From Ionaspis alba (lineage: Eukaryota): a DNA stretch of 63,381 bases. Positions 35,539 to 47,885 of this stretch are shown here, piece after piece (position 1 is the stretch's first letter; every line of letters begins with the position of its first letter). The DNA lies in contig CAXUUL010000022.1 in assembly GCA_964255285.1 (NCBI GenBank), positions 1 to 63,381 of the forward strand. The letters run 5' to 3'. Below the pieces are notes generated by a model that saw only the letters and a list, made by a program, of their open reading frames with translations, did no database searches and was not told the DNA's origin. A program made the position numbers and the translations under genes.

Positions 35539-38500
35539 ATGGATCAATCACGACTCCCAGCTAGCACACCGGAAGCCACCGACTTCGCTCATGACGCACC
35601 AACAGACTCCTCCCCACCACCGGACCCGGCAGGACTTGGCCACAGAGGACGACCGAGGGAAGAAGAATATGATCAAAGTCAACCACATCATTCATTAGCA
35701 GATGAAGCGACGGGCCATACTGTCCAACGCTCAGATTCAGTCATGTCGCAGTCCCAGACGTTGACACCTTCGCGAGGGGGTACCCTGAAGAAGAAACAAT
35801 CTCTGAAGAAATCTGGTAGCCTGAAACGCAGCAGTAGTCGGAAAAGCAATCGCCCTGGCAGTGTGAGGAGTCTCACGCTTGGAGAGCGTGAGAGGTATGC
35901 AGACGGTGATCCGGATGAGATGATGAACAGTCCTTTCTACACCCCAGTGCCTACGACAGGGAACCCTACGGAGATACTTGCCAACCGCTTCCAAGGTTAG
36001 TAGGAGACTACAGGCTATTTCTTCACGCTTTCGCCTGCCCATCGAGTATTCCAATGGTTTCCTTACGTAGCCGTCGCTAATCGTTGCTGTTCCGTCTTAG
36101 CATGGCGCAAGGTTCTAAAAGACCTCATCACCTATTACCGGGATATCCAAAAGGCCTACGATGCTCGATCTAAAGCATTATTCGCCATGTCGAACGTGAC
36201 TAGCAGCACCAGCGCACCGCCGGTCTTCCTTCCCTCAGGAGGCATAGGTGATGCGACGCAGATCCTGAATAGATACCATAAGCAAGCGTTAGCAGAGAAC
36301 AATAGGGCACGATCGATCGAAGAGGATGTCATAGTTCAGCTTAGCGGACTCCGCAGCGATCTTCAGCAGAAGATCAAAGAAATCAAACACCTCTCTGGCG
36401 ATTTCAAGAACAGTGTTGACAAGGAGACTGAAGCTACTCGAAGAGCTGTTCAGGGCTTGCAAGAGGTTTTATTGGTTGCGGACACTGAGCCTGCTGCCGC
36501 TTCTGGCAAGGACGATCCTTATATTGTCAGACTCGGCGTCGACAGGCAGGTCGAACGCCAAATTGATGAGGAGAATTATCTACACAGGGTTCGCTACCCC
36601 ATACAAGCCAAAGGCAAAGTCTAACCGCTATACTCTAGGCGTTCTTGAATCTCGAGAATTCTGGTCGTGAACTGGAATCAATTGTGGTCGGCGAGATCCA
36701 GAAATCCTATAACGCGTATGCTGGTATTCTCAAGAGAGAGGCCGATGAGGCATATGAGACTGTTGAAGCCTTGAAAGAAGGACCACTTGCAATGGCCAAA
36801 GATCACGAATGGGACGCTTTCGTGGATAAGAATGAGCATTTCGTTGATCCAAAAATCCCGGTGCGAAATCCAGATCACATCTTCTATCCTGGCAAAGATG
36901 CTCCAGCTGCGGCAGAGATCAGGGCTGGTATGCTGGAGCGCAAAACTAAGTATCTCAAAAGTTACACACCTGGCTGGTACGATTGCGCATCTCACTTACC
37001 TTACTCTTTCCATTACTCACTTTTCTTCAGGTTCGTCCTGTCACCAACTCATCTTCACGAGTTCAAATCGCCTGACCATGTTCAATCACAAACACCTGTC
37101 ATGTCTCTTTATCTTCCGGAGCAGAAACTCGGTTCTCATTCGAACGTGGACTCATCATCCCATAAGTTCATTTTGAAGGGTCGTCAAACAGGAGGCATGC
37201 ACCGAGGCCACTCCTGGGTTCTTCGTGCCGAATCTCGCGATACTATGTTGGCATGGTATGGAGACATCAAAAGCCTAATCGAGAAAAGAGGCGAAGAGCG
37301 TAATGCCTTCGTCCGAAGACACGCCAGAAGTGTCAGTGGCGGCAGCCACAAAGCTGGTTCCGTTAGCAGCGATGGTGCCATGGAAGAGGACGAGGCGGAT
37401 GAGATTCCCTACTCCGGGACAGCTTCTCAATTCGACAAGGCATCGCCTCAAGAGCAAAAGCTCTCGGAGCGCCCTCAGCCAGGTGGGCGCTTCCCGAGTG
37501 AATTAAATGTCAACCGCGACTTACGTGTTCCCCTTTCTCCTTCTAGTGGAACTGGCTCCGATGATCGAGATGTCATAGCTGCAGCAGGTGCACTCCCTGG
37601 CTCTCACGATCCGTTCGAAGGTCCCGCCCGCCACGAGCAAGCCGGCGAGCATACAGCAGAGCCTAGGAGCACAGCTGGTGGTCTTTCTCGCAATCAGTCC
37701 GAGATGTCTCAGAGAGAGTCCAATATCCAAATTGAGCGTATTCACCTTGGCGGCGAGCGTGGGCCGGCTCCTAGATCTACCAGTGGCGATCTAACTAGAA
37801 ACCAGTCGCAATTGACTCAGAAAGAAGTATATGTCCCTGTCGACGCGAGTCAGCAACGAGACGAATACATGACAACGGCCAGGATCCCAGCCACGGGACT
37901 CTCTCGTGGCCAGTCTGAAATCTCTCAAGGAAACACCTACGTGCCCATCGCAGACACTCGGGAGTACAACGACCTTCAAGTACAGCAAGGTTCCAATCCA
38001 GATACTGTAGCGAGGAAGCAGAATTACCAGCCAGAGTACTCTGACCCGCTACCAGCGCGGTGGACAAGGCCAGACAGTCCCCAAGAAACAGCCTATCACC
38101 AGCAACCAGCAATCCAGCAGTTCTCAACTCAGCACGAGACCAGAGACCAACAGCCCAGCCAGGTATCGAGTCCAGCAACCGTGCCCTTCGAACACGGCTC
38201 CGAATACCGCAACGAACCCGTCCAATCGCAAGGCGTCAGTTCCGACGCGCCCGGTGCCGTCGCCTATGCCTCCGCCTCAACGCCCCAACAGGCTGCGAGA
38301 TCCATGCTTTCCGATATTGAACGTCCCAACAGCAACTACGGCGACTGGATGGCGCCCGCCGCCATCGGCGCCCCCGGTGCCGCAGCCGGAAACACCGAAG
38401 CTTCAGCTTACCGCCAACACCAGCAAGCGCAAGAGCCCCCAAGCATCGAACCCGAATCTCCAGCCCCCCCGATCTCAGCATCCACAAAACTGACCGCCGC

Positions 38501-38867
38501 CACATCACTCACCACCGAATCTCCCCCAAATCCCGATGTCGCCGAACGCATGCAGCCCGAAGAACTCTGCGATAGCGTGCCTCAAAACCTGGAACCAGTG
38601 ACATTCGCCCCTACCGAGGCTAGTGCCATGACAGTCACAGCGGAAAACAAGAAGCAGGCGATTCTAGAGACAACGGTCCCCAGTGCTACTACTCAGAGAC
38701 CGTCTGCTACTGTTGAGGTTCAGAGAGCTGGCACTATGGGTGAGCGAGACGAGAGCTTGGAGACTGCGTTGCCGGTGAGGCCGAAGTTGAACAGCGTGGA
38801 AACCATCAGCGATTTGCATGTTCCGGGTGAGTTTCCGAGGTCGAGCGCTGCTAGTGCCGTGTCCTAG
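35539..38867 (+). CDS. SLM1: Slm1/Slm2-like BAR-PH domain protein (eisosome/TORC2 effector)
   Basis: PT.GNPTEILANRF.AWRK, LNLENSGRELE.IVV, GMLERKTKYLKSYTPGW.VLSPTHLHEFKS, HSWVLRAES.DTMLAWY; three introns. Confidence 0.88.
37662..37955 (+). repeat. Three degenerate copies of a ~20-25 aa repeat (G.LSR.QSE.SQ...YVP) in the Slm1 tail
   Basis: PRSTAGGLSRNQSEMSQRE / PRSTSGDLTRNQSQLTQKEVYVP / ATGLSRGQSEISQGNTYVP. Confidence 0.75.
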
Positions 38868-39446
38868 CGAGGAGAAAGTGAGAAGGGAGGATTAGTGGTG
38901 GTACGGATGGGTGTGATGCGTGGCGTAATGTTGTTGTTGTTGCGGGATGGCTTGAGGGTAGGTGGTGGCAGGGGGTTGACGTTAGCTGGAGGAGGGGCTG
39001 GCAGATGCCGAATTGGTGTGTGGTAGAAATTTGCGGTTTCCTGAGCGTTGTGATTCGTCCTTGTTCTTCTTGATTGTATGAGTATGGTTGGATGGTCGAA
39101 ACACGTGTTTTGTTGTTGATCTGCATTTTCAGTTGAAGCTCTCTGTAAGAACAAATAGCTCATCATTAGTCTTCTAGCAGCAACCCTCCTACAGAATGGC
39201 AAATGCGGTTCACTAGTGATGCACGTTATGCTCTGGGAAAGTCGGGCTGTCTAGTCGAGTGGTGGCTTTGCATTGGATCGGAGGTTGTCAAGAGGTCTAT
39301 TGATTCATACCCCTACAGAGGGGCCCGGGTCTTAGAGCAATATCAGACATGAAATTCGCAGTGGAAAAATGCACAGAACGTATTTACACGACGATCTAGC
39401 TAGCTCTTTCTTCTTCCCAATCTCACCTACGCTAGCGAAGAGCCAT

Positions 39447-40989
39447 CTACTGATCATCCAAAACATGCAAATATTTCTTCTCCTCCCTCTTCTCTCTCTC
39501 CGTCGCCGGCGGCAAGTCATAGTACGCCGAGCTCCGGTACCCCTGCAAATAATGGAACGTCAATCCACTTAACTCTGCAGGATCAATTCCCAAATCCTTG
39601 AAGGTCTTTGCCTTGGGATCGATCTCCTGATCAATGAACTCCCGCTCGACTTCATCCGCCGACATGGTCGGCCACCAAATATACTTGTTAAGGAGACCGG
39701 CGACGGGTTTCAAGATCCGCTTGGGGATGTTGACGTGGCGCCGCTTTTTGATAATCTCGCGATCGACAAGCTCGGCGATTTCAGCGGTGGAGTAATTTTT
39801 CGGGCCGTAGAGCTCATAGGTTTGAGAGGCGGTGCTGTCATCCTGGAGCATGACTTCGAGGGCTTGGCCGACGTCGATAGCCTGACTTGGGTCAGACACG
39901 ATCGATTAAGGGAAAGGAGAAACGAAAAGGGGAATTGGTCTCACGTGGACGGGCCAGTAGCGCTCTTGCATGTGGTTTGACGTGAAGAGATTGGTGACGC
40001 CCGCCAATCTGTGGAGAAGGCGGTCTTCGAAGCCGAACATGGGCGCAGGTCGGACTATGGTTGTTTCAGGGAAGATGCTGCGAACGACTTCTTCACCTCG
40101 GGCCTGGGGATTAGATGGTCAGCACATGTGGCGAGGTAGATCACGTTATAACATACTTTTGATCTGAAGAACTCTGATGGTGATTTCTTGTTGACGTTGT
40201 AAGAGGAGACGTGGATAAATCGGTCAATGTCGTACTTGGCAACAGCTTCGGCGATACGCTCAGCTCCTTCCACATGAACATCCTCCAAATCGAAGTTTCT
40301 GCAGTCTCGTCAGTTTCGAATCGGAATGAGGCCTGATAGGTGTCCTCACTTTGTAGGATAATCCCTCCCAACCAGATTGTATACGACGTCTGAATGTCGA
40401 ACAGCCTCTTCGATTGACTGTGTGTTCCGTAGATCGTGTTCCTAGTACATTGATTCAGTGTATGTACAAGAGATTTGGTCAAGCGGAGCGTACAATAAAG
40501 ACGACTCGTCCTAGGTCTCCGGAGACTTTCAGATGTCTCCTTCCCATCTCGTCTCTGAACGGGACAACGACTGTGCATCCTTGCCGGGCTAAGCGATGTC
40601 AGATGTATTGTGACAACTTCCCACCTTATCTGCTGATACGCACCTAGGCGATTGACAATATATCGTCCTAGGAAGCCCGTCGCACCAAAGACCGTAGCAG
40701 TATGTCCTGTCATAATATCAGACACGCATGTATTCGTCGACTATTAATTGATTTACCTCCTAGGGCGGCCCTGCAACGTAGAGATCAGGACAAGGTCATC
40801 CAACGTGGAGCAACACAGAAACGTAGCTGCTTACCGGCCGCCTTGAATTCTTATGATAGGTCTTCCTGTCCGTGTGATCGCAACATCTTGGAGTCCTCTT
40901 CTTGGAATGCCTGCTACCCTCTGGGCTCGGACAATATCTGAAGCAAGGCGAAGGCCATTGCAAGCCTGCGTAGTCCAGCACTTTTGCAT
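39447..40989 (-). CDS. NDUFA9: Complex I 39/40-kDa subunit (NDUFA9/NUEM, SDR fold)
   Basis: Presequence, GHTATVFGATGFLGRYIVNRL, DVVYNLVGR.YPTKNF, RFIHVS, C-terminal YYDLPPATERE; seven introns including a 14-nt exon at 40757-40770. Confidence 0.95.
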
Positions 40990-41257
40990 AATTGGGTGCT
41001 GGACTACCGTTGTGGGTCAAATGAGTCCGTCAACTGCGAAGATCGTGGACGGGAGTACCTTTCCGGGGGGGGACGGGGGGTGCTCCTCGCCGCACTAGAC
41101 CCTTTGTAGCCAAGAGGCTGGCTTCTACCGCTAGGTCTTCGTAGAGCTCATGCTGCAACCAAATATCCAAACTCATTAAAGAGCATCTGTAGCACTGCTC
41201 ATGTCACCCTGAAGCTTTCCGTTCCGACCCAACAATCTAGCACACTTTCGAGCTGTC

Positions 41258-42509
41258 ATGGATCCAGAAGTAATCTCGAACTTCCTGTCTGATCAGCGGG
41301 AGGAGGCTCCTGAGGACCTGCAACAGAGATTCTTAGAGATCGAAGACTTCTGGGACAGGAAGCTATGGCATCAGCTCACGGACGTGCTGCTCAACTATTT
41401 TCAGGATCAACAGAGCGCTCCACAACGATTACCACTCTTTAGAAAATTTATCTTGAGCTTCGCGGACAAGATAAATCAGCTCAAATTTGTCTCCCTTGGT
41501 CTCTCAGCAGCTACACAATGCTCCGGTATTTCTCGTTGAAACCAGTAGGCTTGACAACCAGTATCTTACGAAGTCCCAGATGACCACGAACGCCTTGCCT
41601 TCCTGATACATCTCAGCGAGAAAGTCGACAAACCTTCGTCGCAAGATGCCTACGTCTATTCCCTCGTCGCCGCCTCAGAAGTAAAGTTGCGGCTAGAAGA
41701 CAACGACGGAGCGCGGAAAGGTCTCGACAAGGCAGAATCAATACTAGACACTTTCGACTCGGTCGAGAACGAAGTACATGCAACCTTCTACCGGACCAAC
41801 GCCAGCTACTACCAAGTACGACCTCCCGCCTTCTCGCCTCTACACGTTGTGCTAACACTAGACCAAGGTGAAGCACGACTTCGCCGCCTACTACCGCAAT
41901 GCCCTCCTCTACCTCGCCTGCATAAATCTCAAGTCCCTCACACCCGACGAAGTTCGATCGCGCGCATACGACCTCAGCGTCGCAGCTCTTATCTCCGACT
42001 CCATCTACAACTTTGGCGAGCTCCTCCTACACCCTATCCTCGACTCGCTCAAAGACTCCGAGCACGCCTGGCTGCGGGATCTACTCTTCGCCTTCAACCG
42101 AGGCGATCTTGCCGCTTACAATGTCTTGGAAAACAATTTGTCAAAGTGCGCCCTACTTGAAGAGCACAAAACCTTCTTGTGGCAGAAGATATCCCTGTCG
42201 GCTTTGACTGAGGCCGTTTTCCGTCGTCCGCCGCATGATCGAGCGATGACGTTTGCGACTATCTCGCAAGAAACGCATGTGCAGCCACAAGAGATAGAGA
42301 TCTTGATAATGAAAGCGTTAAGTCTTGGATTGTTAAGAGGCAGTATAGATCAGGTGGCGGAGATTGCAAGGATCAATTGGGTGCAGCCCAAGGTGCTGGA
42401 TATGAAGCAGATTGACAATATGAGAGTCAGGCTTCAGGAATGGGATTCGAGTGTCAATCAATTGGGACACTGGATCGAGGGTGTTGGGAAGGATGTTTGG
42501 GCTGCTTGA
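41258..42509 (+). CDS. RPN9: 26S proteasome lid subunit Rpn9 (PCI domain)
   Basis: EDFWDRKLWHQLT, YYRNALLYLAC, IYNFGELLLHPIL, MKALSLGLLRGSIDQV, WVQPKVL; two introns. Confidence 0.96.
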
Positions 42510-42686
42510 AAGGGTTTCCGACTACTGCTGGTATTCATATTATAGAGCCTCGAATTGGTCTGACAGGCAGGAATACTAATTACTCCGCTGGTAGAAGCCT
42601 TCATAGCCCTGATCGAGAATCATAATCATCAAGTCGACCGTGATCAATATCAAGCGCTACTGGTAATCAACAACATCAACCCCATC

Positions 42687-44902
42687 TCATAAAGTCAAGA
42701 AATCCAACTTCCTAGCCACGGAATCCAATTCGACCGCCTGTCCCTTGAATATCTCGTCCTCATCACTCTCGACCTCCACAACCTCTACACCGATCTTCTT
42801 CTTCTCTTCTGTCTCTACCCCAACCCTACTTCCCTTCGCCCCTTCCGTTGCCTTCATCTCGCGATACCTCCTCCCAACCTCCACCATAATCCCTGCCATG
42901 CTCAAACCCTTACACTCCACCGCAACCCTCCCATAATTCTCCTTCACAAACGCCGCATAACCTCCCGCTCCCTTGCCCGCAGATTTCCTGACCTCGCGCC
43001 GCGCCGGCTGCACCTGTATCAGAAGCCCTTTACAGGACCCGCAAGCATGTCGTGTTGGGTCGATCGAGCGCGAGTGCCGTTTGAATTCTATGCCGCAGGC
43101 AGTGCATGCCCAAATGTACTTATAGTCGATGGTGTATGTGTGTTTGGTCGTGACGTGAACGTTGCGGTGGCGGAAGAGGGAGGTAGCTTTTTGGGCCCTT
43201 GGAAGAGGAGAGGAGTCAGTGGTGAGTGTTCATAGGGGTGGGGAAAAAAGGGATGGGGAGAGGGAGGAGGGGCTTCACCATTCTTTGAACTCTCGGCCGT
43301 GAGGGTTGGTTTTGACGTTACTGATCATGAAATTGGCAAGATGGCAGTATTCGTGGGCGAGGACGTTGATGAGGCGGTCTAGTAATTTAGGTGAGTATAT
43401 CTCAGACGGCAGGGGAGGGAATACTGAGTGGACGGGGAGAGATAGCTATACTAGCTGCTCACCTTCGTCGTCAATAACCTTCTCCGCCAGCTCGATAGAA
43501 GCATGGTGCTTGTAAGTCGTGCTAACAGTGACACCCTCGGCGTTCTTGATCTTCGTCGCTTCTCTTCTCCAGTTCGCCCGTCCGGCAGTAGAGTTGAGCT
43601 TTTTGCTCCAGACGATACGGATGCCACCGGTGGACTCTGCCAGAGCGCAGACTTGGCCGCTAGCGACCGTTTCGTCTAATTCTTTGAGGAACGAAGAAGC
43701 AAGTGTGTTTTTCTTTTGTTCGAATTCCTTTTTCCGCTCGATGGCTGCTCTATCTCTCTTTGGCGGGCTTTTCATCGGGCTCCTGCGAGGCGATTCAGAG
43801 GGTGAGAGGTCGGCTTCATCATTCTCGTCCGGGGAACAAAGTCGCCGGAACTTGGGAATCTTTCTGGGTGAGTATTGGTCGTTCCAGTCATTGATCACTT
43901 CTTGGCTCCAGAAAGCGTCGAGGCTTGGACGATGCGGAGAAGGAGGGACGCGTATTCTGGCCGCTTTGGTGGGAGACTGCAGCCTGGATTTTGAGGGACT
44001 AGGAGGTGGAGTGACGAAACGGACGCCTTGGTCAGATTTCTCTGTTCTTCGTCTTGGAGGAGAACTTGACGAATTTAGTACGGAAAGGCGATACTTCAAT
44101 TAGATCAAACCCACATCTTAATCTTTGCATGTTGCTCTATGTCGCCTGGACCTTTTCCGAAACGCCGTATCTGTGGAGAAGCTCCTCTCCCATGGTTCGG
44201 CCCTGATGATACGGTTTCTTTGACCGGAGAAGTTAAGTCTATTACAGAGTCCTGGATTTCCTGCCCTTCGGCGGATTTGTCAATACTGTTGGAGTTTCCG
44301 TACAAGTCTTTCTTTCGATAAAGCTTCCTCGCTGACCTCCAGCCATCCGGCTTGAAAGACCGAGGGCGTCGAAGCTCTTCTTCACTTGCAGAATCCGCGA
44401 CAATGAAGTCGGACAGATCGTCAAACGACTCATGTCCGTCGATGGAGAGCAACGTATCGTCCAGGTCGGCGGTAAATGCTGAGTATTCAAAACTCTGCTT
44501 GGCGGTTTTTCTGGGGCTGCTTCGAGCTTGAATCCTTCTTGGCAAGTTTCCCAAGTCGGATTGTAGCTTCTTGGGTGATTGAATGGGCTCTCGAACCGGT
44601 GGTAGCAGTAGCGAATTCACGTGAGCGAGGCGAAGGGGCGTTTGTTTTCGAGCCTGTCTCTCATTGGAGGTAGCGGCAACAGTCCTGCTGGGAGAGGCTG
44701 TGACTCTTTTCTTGGAAGGAGAAGATCTTTCATTTCCTTTGGATCTGGCAGCTTCACTCGATTTTGGACATCTTTGCTCTTTCTGCGACTTCAGGGTTTG
44801 AGCAGACTCCCTTGGTTTATCTTCTACTTTGGTCGCACCCGGTATTGTCTCCAGCGTCGGCAGGTCTTCTTCACTGTGGCCTTTCTCACTCAGTTTTGCC
44901 AT
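42687..44902 (-). CDS. SprT-like zinc metalloprotease with C4 zinc ribbon and HMG-box-like C-terminus (GCNA/ACRC-like)
   Basis: Disordered N-terminus, WSKKLNSTAGRA, IELAEKVID, HEYCH at 43341-43355, PHGREFK.W, CTACG..CGSCKG, YAAFVKENY. Confidence 0.85.
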
Positions 44903-45462
44903 AGGACAACTGTGTAAAAACAAGTCAACCGAGCTGAAAAGCTGAATCGGGAACTCGAGATTTCGGATGTGGATGAAGAGAGCAGGAGTTCGGCAAGCAT
45001 CTCAGAAAACTCTGGTTTCCGGAGCAACGTCAAAATTCACAATGCCCTAACACGGGTCTCGCGCCTCAATATTCAATCAATACTTCAGACAATCTATATT
45101 TTGCGGTATGAAGGACACATTTAAGCTTCTGTAAGGTTCTTCTTTGATCAATGCAATTGCTTGACACAGTCGTAGTTTCGAGGATCTGAGCTACAGATGT
45201 TGATTCATATGAAGTCAAGGGCTGCCCGCCGTATGGGCATGCCGAGCCAACCTTTTACGGACACAGTACTACCGTATTCAAGGACTCAACAGTCCACATA
45301 CCTGGCATTGCCTGTTGACTCGAACTCAAAATGATGCCAATGCTCATCTATACAATGTATGATACTACAAAACAAATAATCTCAACCATTACCAATGGCT
45401 GCTCCTCCGCAGTAACCCAAAACACAAACATCCAAAGCCTTTACGGCCTCCTCCATTCTCCT

Positions 45463-47313
45463 CTACCAGAACACAATCCCCGCCCCTGCCACCATCGCAA
45501 CCGTGACATATGCCCCGAGCGTCAGCAACCCAAAATCAAACTTGGGTACGGTGACCGCGCCCGCAATCCCACTGGTCGACGAAGCTGCGGCTCCACCTCC
45601 ACTGCCACTCCCGATCGCGTTCGTATTCGTCGGCTGCGACGTCACGGACCCCGTGCCCGCGGAACCGGCCTGACTGACCAGGGGCGCACAATCTCCTGAT
45701 GGGGTCGAAGGCGTCTGCGTCGTGCCTTGGCCGTTGAAATCGCAGGCATTGGTGTTAGCACTGTTGGTCATTTTCTGCTGTTGGTAGTATGCATCCATGG
45801 CCCACGCCAACCTCTCCGTAGCATTGCAGACCGAGTACGCGCCGTACGTCCCTGTCGTGCCGTTGGGAGTGATGCCGTCGCAGAGGTCCTTGGTGAGGCC
45901 GCAGGCGGTGTCGAAGATGTCCTGGTAGTTTTTTGTGGCCAGGTCCGGTTTCGGGACGCAGGTTAGGTTCTGTATCATGCAGCCGCAGAGCTGCTGGTTC
46001 GGGGTTGGAGGGAGCTTGGTAGCGGCTGCCCAGCTGCTGTCTGTTGTCGGGCAGCTGCGGGCGGCGGTGTTGGAAACTTGGTACGAGGCCATGTTTACTC
46101 CGCTAGGAGTCACGGAGGCGATTTGGGAGGAGAGCGCCGTGAAGTCGGGAAGCTTGCTAACTGTTGTGCCGTCGAGGGTTACCAGGCCTAGTTTGGGAGG
46201 TTAGTTGGGTTGCGGAGAAGGGGGCCAGAGCAAGATGTACCGAACTTGTTTTGTTCTTGGAAGTATTCGTATACGATACCGCCAGACCAAACTGAGGTCA
46301 TGTTCTCGCCATAGAGGGCGAGTGTCTCGTCGAACCTTCGTGGTTCGGGGTCGTTGCAGCCGTACTCGGCGAAGAATGCAGGGACAGAGTAGTTCTTATA
46401 TTCGGATGTTCTGTCGGCATACCCGGATGTCTGATAATCGGATTTTCCGCACCAGGAGTAGATATTATATCCGAAAAAGTCGACACTGCTCTCTGACGGC
46501 CCGCAATTGATGTAGTTGGCCAGTGGGGCTCGAATAGTGGCATCGTCATCCGCGGCATATCCAACACCAATCGTACGATACCCTCTGCGTTTGATGTATG
46601 CCTTCATATCCCGCGCGGCAGCCTTGACAAACGGGATGGCCTCAACATTGGTGGCGTTGTTCGATACCTCGTTTCCTGCAAAGAAGCCGAGCACGTTGTT
46701 GTAGGGAGCCAGAGTATCGATGACGCTGGCGTAGCGAGCATAGAGCTCAGCATCCCATGAGGGCTTGTCTCGATTGATGGAGATGTTGGGGGCAGACAAG
46801 TCGGCGATGAGATAGATGCCGGCATCTTGAAGCATTTGCATGCATTGCTTGTGGTCTTTGGTGGGATCAATGGCGTAGACACGGATGGTGTTTGTTTGGA
46901 GCTGTTGAAGTAATGGTATGTCGCGTTTGCAGCCGTCGACATCGGTCAATGGGTCGACGTAGTTGGTGTTTGCGCTCGAGGTCCCGTTGCCTCCAACATT
47001 CTCTGTAGATCATGAGCTTCTGGTGAGATGCTTGAGGCGTTGGAGCAACGAACGCTGGTACGCAATGCCTTTGATGAAGCTGCGTCAAAGCTGTCAGCAA
47101 TTGTAAGATACCGGAAGTATCATGATGGCTCACAACTCAGTTCCGTTCGTCTTGTAGAAGAACTTGGAGCCCTAGGAAGAATACGAAGGTCAGCCGGATT
47201 CAATGCTGTCTTCTGTGATGGTGCTGACAGACCTTGATGACTATAGGGTCAACGTCTGCGAGGACTGAGGCAGCCAGCGAAGCTGCTGCGACGACGACGG
47301 ATGTGAATCGCAT
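45463..47313 (-). CDS. GPI-anchored 1,3-beta-glucanosyltransferase (GH72 + X8/CBM43; Gas1/Gel-type)
   Basis: Signal peptide [57 protein letters not shown], Cys-rich X8 domain, Ser/Gly spacer and hydrophobic GPI signal. Confidence 0.95.
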
Positions 47314-47860
47314 GCCGACCATGATGAGTTTCCTTGCGGTGTCACCAGGAACGAAGGTGGATAGGAGCAGGTACTACGGACGCGTGCCAAATAGTGGTTG
47401 ACGGTTGTTGATGCCGGTGCAAGTGCTAAGCGTCTGAAAAGTTTCGAGCGCAAGTAACCGGACACGACCCCTGGAATTCGCTGGACGCCCAAGTGATCGA
47501 GGTCAACAATCACAATCCTGTAGTCATTCGGTAGAGAGAAAGTCTCCGAACAACGTTTTGGTGTTGAAAATAAGGTTTCAAGTGGCCACGCTACAAGACA
47601 AGACCGAGATAGAAGGAATGACTGGAAAGGGAGAAATGTACAGAAGAAAGAAGAGCATGATGGCTTTCCATGAGTAAGTATCAGATGTGTTTGGGCAAAA
47701 CTACGTAGGGAGTATGAGGATCACGGAGCGGTGGGGCGATAGCCAGCCTGCCACAGCAAGACATCCGGTGTGGACGCGACAGCCTCGCATGATTCGGCAT
47801 CTTTCGTGTTTAGTTCCATCCATTGTCTCAGCAGCAGTCAGAGCATACTGAATCTATGAC

Positions 47861-47885
47861 AATAATAATAATAATAATAATAATA
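47861..47885. repeat. (AAT)8 microsatellite in the GEL/FKS1 intergenic region
   Basis: aataataataataataataataata read directly. Confidence 0.95.
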
